Virus record (IMG/VR): IMGVR_UViG_3300036782_000053
Location: 1 to 41,216 of that record
DNA: 41,216 nucleotides
Direction: 5' to 3' (one strand)
Origin: a virus
Shown piece after piece: positions 33,402-40,851 of the stretch. The translations under genes were made by a program, and so were the position numbers. The notes beneath the pieces were generated by a model that was not told the DNA's origin, searched no databases, and saw only the letters and a program-made list of their open reading frames with translations. Numbering within the stretch: the first letter of the stretch is position 1; each line of letters opens with the position of its first letter.

Positions 33402-35703
33402 TATCAACAAAACACAATACGCACAATTAAACTCCATTGTCACTGGAAGGGTCGGTGATAAAGCTAGTAATACCGTTGATGTATATGTTGTTGACGGTTT
33501 TATTCCATATAATCTAACTGGAAGTGACGTATATTTCGAATGTGCTAAACCTGACAATACTTCTGTTAGAGATAAGAACGGAATCACTATAATAGATGCA
33601 GCTAAAGGGCATTTCGAATATACATTCCCTACACAAACATTCGCATCTGTAGGAAAATCTAAACAAGCCTATTTTACAATAGAAAAAAATTCAACTGTAA
33701 AAGCTACAACTCAAGATTTCATCATTGTTTCATTGCCTGATGCATTAACCAATAGAATTCCTTCGAAAACTTATATTTCTCAATTAGATCAATTAATTGA
33801 AGAATTAAGAGAAATGGCATTACAAGACATCAATAGCAAAGCAGCACAAGAAGCACATGATGCGCTAGTTAAAGCACAAGACGCTAAAGCAATCGCGCAA
33901 AGCGTTCAAAATCAATTGAATACAATAGTTATAGAAGGTGATTCTTCAGTAGAAGCGGCACAAGCAAGGATCGAAAAAGATGGAACAGTTCATGAAACAT
34001 TAAAAGCACATACTGATGCTATCCATGATAAAATTGAGATTTTGAATAAAAAAGCAACTGAGATTAGCATAATGGAGTACGAAAATTTTGTTGTAAATAA
34101 GGATCTACCAGATGAAGATTGGAAACCAGCTTTAGACGAGGCGTTTCGAGTTGCAAACGGTAAAACATTAATTTTCCCTGACGGAATATATCAATCTAGT
34201 GCAGTTACATTACCGACAGGTTGGTCAGGAAAAGTTACAGGTAGAGGAATTTTAAAAGCTATTTCAAGTATGTCTATCAATTCACTTGTAACGCTAAATA
34301 AAGTTACAAATGTAACATGGGAAGTTAATATTGATATGGCTCAAAATATATTAACAACCAAGACTGACCCTCGTTGTTTAGTAGGAATAACTCTAACGGA
34401 TTGTCGTAGTACAAAAATAAATAATTGTACATGTACAAACGTTAGGGTAGGAAGACCGCTTATTATAGATGGTAACTCTAGTGTTAATCCTATTAGTACA
34501 GATGGTTCTCAAAATATAGAAGTTAATAATATGAGGTGTGTAGCTTACTCCTATGACATAGTTGATGAAGGAGCATACATTATAATTCGATCTAGTTTTT
34601 ATAACGGTGATGGTGGAGGTATTTATATGCCTGCATCTAACGGTTTGAAAAAATCTGATATGACAATTGATACTGTAGTAAGTTATAAACAAACGACAAA
34701 AAATGTGAAGTTTAATAACTGTTACTTTGAAAACTTTGATCGCATAGCGATTTTAAATGTTGATGGAATTGATTTTAACAATTGTACAGGCATCAATTTT
34801 TATACAAGGGGATATAATTTTTCACCAACCGTATTTAACGCAACAGTAAATGGTGGTTCGATAACTGGTGGTACAGCATCAACAATCCCTTTTGCATATG
34901 GTTGTAAAAATTGTGTAGTTAACGGCGTACGCATAGATAGTTTAGGTGGAACTGCAGGAGAACAGACTGCATTAAAAGCGTATTACGGTTGTTCTGATAT
35001 TATTTTTTCTAATATTACAGGTATTGGTGGTTCTCAACGTCATATTTATGTGCATTCTAGTAAACGTATTAAATTTTCAAATGTAAACTTAAGAAAACAT
35101 ATCAATGGTACAGTTAATAGCATTAGTGTAAGCGGAGGAGACAAAGGAAACATCGCTACGTATTCTGTGGATGATATTACGATAGATAACTGTACTCTTG
35201 AATCAAATTACGGAATCGCACTTAATGAATTTACAGGAAATGCTACTATTTCATTAGGAGCAGTTAAAATTTCAAAAAGTGCATTTGAAAAATCCCATCA
35301 ATTATTCAATGCAAGCTACACATTACCTGCAAAAGGTGAAGTTGTTTTTTTGTTCAACACTGCGAAAAAATCAGGAAATACGCAAGATTTATCGTCAAAT
35401 ATGTTTAAGTATTTTGATGGTAATGATGTAAGTTGCAATATGGTTTCTCAAAAAAATATGACAGGACCTACAACATTTGTTGAATTTGATATACAGTACT
35501 ATGTTCCCGAACGAGATGGATCTGGTGGAGACAATACAAGAAACCCTACTATCGATGTATACAAAAACGGGCAAATATTATTTTATGGAATTGATTATTT
35601 TTGTGATGGTACAATGGCCGGCACAATGACTAATAAAATTCGTATGTATACTCCTTCATCATTGGTAAACGGAGATAAATTGACACTTATTAGAAGAAAA
35701 TAA
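33379..35703 (+). CDS. Receptor-binding tailspike: BppU-like N-terminal anchor plus right-handed parallel beta-helix (pectate-lyase-like) domain
   Basis: N-terminal VTGRVGDKASNTVDVYVVDG...YFECAKPD. Central coiled coil. Repeated NNC/NxT rungs (INNCTCTNVRVG, FNNCYFENF, FNNCTGINF, CKNCVVNGVRI, ITIDNCTLESN). Confidence 0.75.
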   Translation: MKTRLILDINKTQYAQLNSIVTGRVGDKASNTVDVYVVDGFIPYNLTGSDVYFECAKPDNTSVRDKNGITIIDAAKGHFEYTFPTQTFASVGKSKQAYFTIEKNSTVKATTQDFIIVSLPDALTNRIPSKTYISQLDQLIEELREMALQDINSKAAQEAHDALVKAQDAKAIAQSVQNQLNTIVIEGDSSVEAAQARIEKDGTVHETLKAHTDAIHDKIEILNKKATEISIMEYENFVVNKDLPDEDWKPALDEAFRVANGKTLIFPDGIYQSSAVTLPTGWSGKVTGRGILKAISSMSINSLVTLNKVTNVTWEVNIDMAQNILTTKTDPRCLVGITLTDCRSTKINNCTCTNVRVGRPLIIDGNSSVNPISTDGSQNIEVNNMRCVAYSYDIVDEGAYIIIRSSFYNGDGGGIYMPASNGLKKSDMTIDTVVSYKQTTKNVKFNNCYFENFDRIAILNVDGIDFNNCTGINFYTRGYNFSPTVFNATVNGGSITGGTASTIPFAYGCKNCVVNGVRIDSLGGTAGEQTALKAYYGCSDIIFSNITGIGGSQRHIYVHSSKRIKFSNVNLRKHINGTVNSISVSGGDKGNIATYSVDDITIDNCTLESNYGIALNEFTGNATISLGAVKISKSAFEKSHQLFNASYTLPAKGEVVFLFNTAKKSGNTQDLSSNMFKYFDGNDVSCNMVSQKNMTGPTTFVEFDIQYYVPERDGSGGDNTRNPTIDVYKNGQILFYGIDYFCDGTMAGTMTNKIRMYTPSSLVNGDKLTLIRRK

Positions 35704-35821
35704 TACAATTAAAATACGGCTTATATAGCAATGATTCCTTGATATATATTTTTTAAGAAAATCCCTTTCTTTGTAATTTAGTGTATAATTATATGAAGAT
35801 TATCGAGAAAAGGAGTATAAA

Positions 35822-36901
35822 ATGAATAAAAATCTTACGATTCACGGATTAAGAGGACTAGCTGCTATTTTAGTTGTTTTTTATCATATTTATGGAATGG
35901 CTTATATAGGTGGTTTTTTTAGAGAAAGGACAGTAGAAGGCGCTTTTAGGATTTATCATAATTTTGGGCCCATGGGGGTTAACATATTCTTTATGATTAG
36001 TGGGTTTCTGATTATAGGAAGTCTATCAAGACATGTTGAGATAAAGAAATTTATGATTAACAGAATCATAAGAATTTACCCTGTGTTCTTATGTTTACAC
36101 CTTGTTGTTTTTCTATTCGGACCATTTATCAACTACGAATGGTTAGGAAACGTGAACCTGAGAGAGTACATTTTAGGTTTTATTTCAAACATTTTTTTAT
36201 TGCCAGGAATGTTTGATTTGCCAATAGCTCAAAAAAACGCATGGTCTTTAAGTTATGAATTTACTTTTTATATTGTATCTTCAATGTTTTTCTTTGTTAT
36301 ATTCAAAGCTAAAAATAACATCCTTAGAGTTTCAGGAATAATAATTCTTTCATTTATCTCTTTAACTATAATTTATAATCATCACACAGCTGTTTTCTTT
36401 GCACTAGGAGCGTTAGTTTATTATTCTTATAATCATATTAATTTTAGATATGTGTATAAACGATATTATGCATTAAACGGTGTCATTTTATTGACATTAA
36501 CATTTCTTTTGTATGATTCCAATAATAATCTTGCTATTTTACCATTAATTTTTAGCACACTGTTATTCTGGGTAGCTGTAAATGAAGAAGGATTACTATC
36601 AAACATTTTAAGAAATAAAGTTTTTCAATACTTAGGTACAATTAGTTACAGCCTTTATCTAATTCATCCATTTGCAATGTTTCCTTTAAAAGTTATATTC
36701 AGTTCTGGAAAGATGAAAAATTTGATTAACAATGAGTATCTAAGTATTATTCTCTTTGGAATAGCTAGTTTAATTTTAGCAATTATAGCAGCTCACATAT
36801 CACATCGTTTAATAGAGGTCTGGTTCACAAATAAAATAAAGCGTTCGTTCCAAAAAACATATAAATCTAAACCAACTGATATTAATACTAGAGTTTCATA
36901 A
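35822..36901 (+). CDS. Acyltransferase-3 family integral membrane O-acyltransferase (OafA/Oac-like)
   Basis: HGLRGLAAILVVFYH N-terminal motif and about 10 hydrophobic segments. Own TATAAT element and AAAAGGAG RBS. Own terminator. Confidence 0.8.
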   Translation: MNKNLTIHGLRGLAAILVVFYHIYGMAYIGGFFRERTVEGAFRIYHNFGPMGVNIFFMISGFLIIGSLSRHVEIKKFMINRIIRIYPVFLCLHLVVFLFGPFINYEWLGNVNLREYILGFISNIFLLPGMFDLPIAQKNAWSLSYEFTFYIVSSMFFFVIFKAKNNILRVSGIIILSFISLTIIYNHHTAVFFALGALVYYSYNHINFRYVYKRYYALNGVILLTLTFLLYDSNNNLAILPLIFSTLLFWVAVNEEGLLSNILRNKVFQYLGTISYSLYLIHPFAMFPLKVIFSSGKMKNLINNEYLSIILFGIASLILAIIAAHISHRLIEVWFTNKIKRSFQKTYKSKPTDINTRVS

Positions 36902-36959
36902 ATAATGATTATCGTCTTTCTTTTTTAAAAAATTTTAAATGAAATACAGCTTAGGTACA

Positions 36960-36986
36960 GGGACACATAGCGTGTTCCTTTTTTTA
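36960..36986 (+). terminator. Terminator after the acyltransferase gene
   Basis: GGGACAC-ATAGC-GTGTTCC followed by TTTTTTTATTTT. Confidence 0.75.
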
Positions 36987-37005
36987 TTTTGAAAGGAGTG
37001 AAAAG

Positions 37006-37431
37006 ATGGATCGTATTGATGTATTAATGAAAACATTCATAGCTACTTTCGGTGGTTTTTGCGGGTATTTCTTGGGTGGGTGGGATACAACATTGAGGGT
37101 TCTACTAATCATGGCAGCTATCGACTATATCACAGGAGTATTCGCTGCGGGATTCAATGGGGAATTAAAAAGTAAAGTGGGATTCAAAGGCATCGCCAAA
37201 AAGGTGGTGCTTTTTCTTTTGGTCGGAGCAGCTACTCAAGCTGATGCAGCCATAGGGACAAATAGTGCTATTCGTGAAGCAACAATCTTTTTCTTTATTG
37301 GGAATGAGCTGCTTTCACTCTTAGAAAATGCTGGTCGCATGGGAATTCCCCTTCCACAAGCTTTGACAAACGCAGTTGAAGTTTTGGGCGGTAAACAAAA
37401 ACAAGAAGAGAAAAAAGGAGATGTTCAATAA
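37006..37431 (+). CDS. Holin (phage_holin_4 / TcdE-like family)
   Basis: 141 aa with 3 TM-like segments. DYITGVFAAGFNGELKSKVGFKGIAKK motif. Immediately upstream of the endolysin gene. Confidence 0.8.
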   Translation: MDRIDVLMKTFIATFGGFCGYFLGGWDTTLRVLLIMAAIDYITGVFAAGFNGELKSKVGFKGIAKKVVLFLLVGAATQADAAIGTNSAIREATIFFFIGNELLSLLENAGRMGIPLPQALTNAVEVLGGKQKQEEKKGDVQ

Positions 37432-38198
37432 TGGGTAAATTCGCAGGTTCAGGTGGTCACAATAGTATTGTACAAGGCGCAAATAGTGTTTATGGGAAAG
37501 AACATGTGGAGGATAGAAAATTTCTTGATGCTGTTGCTAAGTATGTACAAGCAGCAGGGTGGAAATATGTGAACTGTTCAGATGAAGTTGGAACAACAAA
37601 AACCGCAGTTTGGAGCAATGCAGCAAATAATCATTTACGCGTGAAAGATAGCGATGTAGATACACAGTTTCATTTAAACGCAACTCCAGGAGGTACAGGT
37701 TGTGAGGTTTGGCTACATCCTGAATATGGCAACAGGGAATTAGCAGCGGCAATTTCAAAAGCCATGGCTGATGCGTTTGGATTAAGAGATCGAGGAATCA
37801 AATTTTCTACTGAGTTAGGGTGGATTAATAAAACAAAAACAGGATTACTTCCTGAAATTTGCTTTATCGATAATGAAGTGGATATGCAAAAATACCGTGA
37901 TAACTTTGATAAAGCCGCTAAAGCGGTAGCTGAAGTTATTGTGGGTAGAGCTATTCAAAATGGAGGTGGCAACGTGAATAATGGTGGCTATCAGTATGTT
38001 AAATCCGGTGGTTTCGGTGTTTCGATGACTCAAGAAGTTCTAAATGCTATGAACGATCGTGGAACTAAAGGGAAAGTTGTTTCTGATCCATTAACTGGCC
38101 TAGCGTACTTACAAACTGAAGTATTGCCGAACGGTGAACTTGATAAGATTACAGCTTGGATGGATGAAAGAAACTGGTGGTACGAATATATTAAATAA
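37431..38198 (+). CDS. Endolysin: N-acetylmuramoyl-L-alanine amidase (Amidase_3-like) with a C-terminal cell-wall-binding domain
   Basis: GSGGHNS...GKEHVEDRKF...EICFIDNEVD pattern. ATGA overlap with the holin gene. C-terminal ~70-aa W/Y-rich domain. Confidence 0.8.
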   Translation: MGKFAGSGGHNSIVQGANSVYGKEHVEDRKFLDAVAKYVQAAGWKYVNCSDEVGTTKTAVWSNAANNHLRVKDSDVDTQFHLNATPGGTGCEVWLHPEYGNRELAAAISKAMADAFGLRDRGIKFSTELGWINKTKTGLLPEICFIDNEVDMQKYRDNFDKAAKAVAEVIVGRAIQNGGGNVNNGGYQYVKSGGFGVSMTQEVLNAMNDRGTKGKVVSDPLTGLAYLQTEVLPNGELDKITAWMDERNWWYEYIK

Positions 38199-38208
38199 TA
38201 AAAACAAG

Positions 38209-38236
38209 AGCCGTCCTGTTGGGCGGCTTTTTTTAT
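38209..38236. terminator. Bidirectional terminator between the endolysin gene and the convergent XRE gene
   Basis: GCCGTCC-TGTT-GGGCGGC flanked by an A run upstream and T8 downstream. Confidence 0.85.
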
Positions 38237-38476
38237 TTACATCCAAAAATCATGTTCATCTATATTCTTACCTAACTTTTTTAATCCCTTAACAATTTGA
38301 ATTATCGTTGAAAACTTCGGTCTATATTTTTTATCATTACACACTTTAGAAATTGTCGCTGTACTTAGTTTCGATGTTCTTTCTAATTCAATTTGTGCTA
38401 TTCCATTCCGATCAAGATAGTGACCAAATTTTGTGCGTTTTTTCCCCAATCCAAACACGTTTATCACCTCATCCAC
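38237..38476 (-). CDS. XRE-like HTH regulator (73-79 aa)
   Basis: FGHYLDRNGIAQIELERTSKLSTATISKVCND HTH. Alternative GTG start at 38458 after GAGGTG. Divergent from the FtsK-like operon. Confidence 0.7.
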   Translation of the reverse strand: MDEVINVFGLGKKRTKFGHYLDRNGIAQIELERTSKLSTATISKVCNDKKYRPKFSTIIQIVKGLKKLGKNIDEHDFWM

Positions 38477-38547
38477 ATCTTGACCTATTTCTTACTTTTT
38501 TAAACTAATGCAAAAAAATAAGAAATTGTCCAAGCTGTACACCATAT

Positions 38548-38697
38548 GCTTTATCAAGGTCGCTACCAAAGTAGCTATCAAACTTGTTATCAAAGCAGCT
38601 ACCAAAGTAAATAGCTTAATCGCTATCAAGGTAACTAGTATTTGTACTATCAAAGTAGCTATCAAGTTAGCTATCAAAGTAATACTATCAAGGTATT
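38548..38697. repeat. Array of about 12 phased 12-bp direct repeats, consensus GCTATCAAAGTA (iteron/centromere-like)
   Basis: TATCAA or TACCAA cores at 38552, 38564, 38576, 38588, 38600, (38612 degenerate), 38624, (38636 degenerate), 38648, 38660 and 38672, then 38686. Exact 12-bp phasing for 11 units. Confidence 0.85.
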
Positions 38698-38757
38698 AGG
38701 GCGATAAACCTATGTATCATCAGGATTTTAAATTCTGTTTATAAAGGGGAGTTTTAT

Positions 38758-38952
38758 ATGTTAACAACATTTATTTCATTGGGAGTTTTAGGAGCAACAA
38801 CAATTGGTGGGGCGATATTAGAAAAGCATCTTGTAAAAAATGATCACGTTGCAGCAGCTAAACTTTTAAGTGATGGAATGTATCACGGAATGAGGATAGG
38901 TGGAGTTTGTTTCATTGGTTATGTGTTTATCAAAATCTTAATCATGTTCTAG
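38758..38952 (+). CDS. Small two-TM membrane protein (64 aa)
   Basis: AAAGGGGAG RBS. Hydrophobic N- and C-terminal segments. First gene of the FtsK-like operon. Confidence 0.6.
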   Translation: MLTTFISLGVLGATTIGGAILEKHLVKNDHVAAAKLLSDGMYHGMRIGGVCFIGYVFIKILIMF

Positions 38953-38962
38953 GAGGTGTCGC

Positions 38963-40129
38963 ATGGGAATCATCAAAGAATGGCTTCATAAACAAAGTTT
39001 AAAGAATCAACTTATAGAGGTATTTGGAAAAGCAGGTTTATACGTGGACCATCAAACAAGGGGTGGCAAAGTTCCAATTTATCCAAAGATACATGCCATT
39101 TCCTCCACACAAGGAAGTGTTAGATATATATTCACCATTCCAAATGGTTTGGATCCTAAGACCATCGAAAAGAAATGGTTTTGTTTTCAACAAATATTAG
39201 GTCGTAATGTAGCGATTGAGGGCGATATTAAAAAGTTTGTACTAAATGTATTTCATTCAGATGCAGGACTAAAACAATACAACTACAGTTATAAGAAGTG
39301 GCAGCCGTTACTAAAACAACATCGTCTTCCTATTGTGGTGGGTCGTGACCAATTAGGCAATATGATTGTGTACGATATGGTTGAAGCCAATACACCACAT
39401 TTGCTGATAGCAGGAGAAACAGGTAGTGGTAAAAGTAGTATGGTACGTGTTGTTCTGTCCACACTTATTCAATGCATGTCACCTGATAAATTACATTTGT
39501 ACTTAGGAGACTTAAAGAACTCTGAATTTCATTTCTTGCGAAGAGTGAAACACGTAAAAGAAGTGTGCATGGAAGAAATCGAAATGAAGATAATGTTGCA
39601 GAAAGTGTGGAAGGAAATACGCGAACGTAGAAAGTTGATGGAAGAGTATGAAGTGGATCATATTGATGAATATAACAAATTGAATCCCGATAATCAGAAA
39701 CCATATATTTTATTAGCGATCGATGAAGTAGCAATGCTGCAAGATGAAAAAGAATGTATGACTACAATTGAAAAGATTTCAGCAGTCGGCCGATCACTGG
39801 GGGTGTTTCTTATGCTTAGTATGCAACGACCAGATGCAAAAGTATTAGATGGTAAGTTAAAGCTCAATATGACAGTAAGAATGGGCTTTAAATGTGATAG
39901 TACGATTAATAGCAATATCATGGGTACACCTGGTTCAGAACACTTGGAGAAATCAGGCCAAATGATGTTAAAACTAAATGGATTAAAGAAAGTGCAAGCT
40001 CCTTATTTAGAATTAAGTAAGGCGAAACAGATTGTTGAACCATATCGCATACCAAAAGAGGATATAACGCTTCATATTCCTCCACAAGAAGAGATTCCAT
40101 TGTTCGGGGTGTTAGAAGATGAGGAATAG
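38963..40129 (+). CDS. FtsK/SpoIIIE-family DNA translocase-like ATPase (motor domain only)
   Basis: Walker A AGETGSGKSS, Walker B LLAIDEVAML, SMQRP motif. AGGAGG RBS. Confidence 0.85.
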   Translation: MGIIKEWLHKQSLKNQLIEVFGKAGLYVDHQTRGGKVPIYPKIHAISSTQGSVRYIFTIPNGLDPKTIEKKWFCFQQILGRNVAIEGDIKKFVLNVFHSDAGLKQYNYSYKKWQPLLKQHRLPIVVGRDQLGNMIVYDMVEANTPHLLIAGETGSGKSSMVRVVLSTLIQCMSPDKLHLYLGDLKNSEFHFLRRVKHVKEVCMEEIEMKIMLQKVWKEIRERRKLMEEYEVDHIDEYNKLNPDNQKPYILLAIDEVAMLQDEKECMTTIEKISAVGRSLGVFLMLSMQRPDAKVLDGKLKLNMTVRMGFKCDSTINSNIMGTPGSEHLEKSGQMMLKLNGLKKVQAPYLELSKAKQIVEPYRIPKEDITLHIPPQEEIPLFGVLEDEE

Positions 40130-40727
40130 AGATAAAGCGATACTAAGTGATTTGAGCCGTTTCAGATGTATGTCTCGTGATGATATTATAGATTTACATT
40201 TTCATGGAGTGAAAAACGCAGTTACTTGCTGTAATACAGTGATGAAACGATTAAGAAGAGATGGTCATGTGGATGCCAATATTTCGCAGCAGCCATTTAT
40301 ATATTTCCCTCAACCTAGTACACTTCGTAAAACTAGCCAAAAGATTCCCCACTTCCTCGGTATTGTGGACGTATACAAACAGCTTATACATTATGAAAAA
40401 CCTAAACTATTTAGAGTTGAACCGAAATACGGAAAAGATTATATGGAGCCCGATGCATTTACAATATGGCGTAGATCTCCATTCTTTATTGAAGTCCAGA
40501 AGTCGGTTTACAGTAAAAAGATTATGCAAGATAAAATAGACAGGTATGAATTATACTTCCACAGTCAAGAATGGCATAGTGAGTCCTGGCAACCGAAAGA
40601 CTCTAAATTTTTTCCATCGATTTTAATAATTACTGAAAAGAAATACGACTTAAATTCCTCCAATTTGCGTATCTTTCAAGCGACATCTATACATGATTTC
40701 ATGGATACATTAGCGGTTAAATCCTAA
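40119..40727 (+). CDS. Replication-relaxation family protein
   Basis: 202 aa. N-terminal winged-helix-like ILSDLSRFRCMSRDDIIDLHF...VMKRLRRDGHV. Overlaps the FtsK-like gene by 11 nt. Confidence 0.65.
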   Translation: MRNRDKAILSDLSRFRCMSRDDIIDLHFHGVKNAVTCCNTVMKRLRRDGHVDANISQQPFIYFPQPSTLRKTSQKIPHFLGIVDVYKQLIHYEKPKLFRVEPKYGKDYMEPDAFTIWRRSPFFIEVQKSVYSKKIMQDKIDRYELYFHSQEWHSESWQPKDSKFFPSILIITEKKYDLNSSNLRIFQATSIHDFMDTLAVKS

Positions 40728-40730
40728 GAA

Positions 40731-40755
40731 AACCCTACTTAGTCGTGGGGTTTTT
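40731..40755 (+). terminator. Terminator after the replication-relaxation gene
   Basis: AACCCTAC-TTAGTC-GTGGGGTT followed by TTT. Confidence 0.7.
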
Positions 40756-40822
40756 ACATTAACGTTAATATTAATGTTTATATTAACAATAACATTTACA
40801 TTATTTTTAACGTAATCATTAA
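40754..40822. repeat. Second set of par-type modules downstream of the ParG-like gene
   Basis: TTACATTAACGTTAATATTAATGTTTATATTAAC (40754-40787) matches 971-1004 at 30/34 positions. A degenerate second copy TTACATTATTTTTAACGTAATCATTAAC follows at 40795-40822. Confidence 0.6.
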
Positions 40823-40851
40823 CAAAAATAAAAGCCCTACAAATGTAGGAC

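Noticed and set aside
38548-38697. Could the short-repeat array be a CRISPR array?
   Set aside because: The units are 12 bp and directly abutting with no unique spacers. There are no cas genes and no leader.
38492-38699. Two mirror ORFs (61 aa minus, 63 aa plus) with 4-aa periodic sequence (LIAT / KVAI)
   Set aside because: Both are created by the 12-bp (3 x 4) repeat array staying open in several frames. There is no RBS, the starts are non-ATG or poorly placed, and they are more simply explained as DNA-level iterons. A small residual chance remains that the hydrophobic minus-strand peptide is real.
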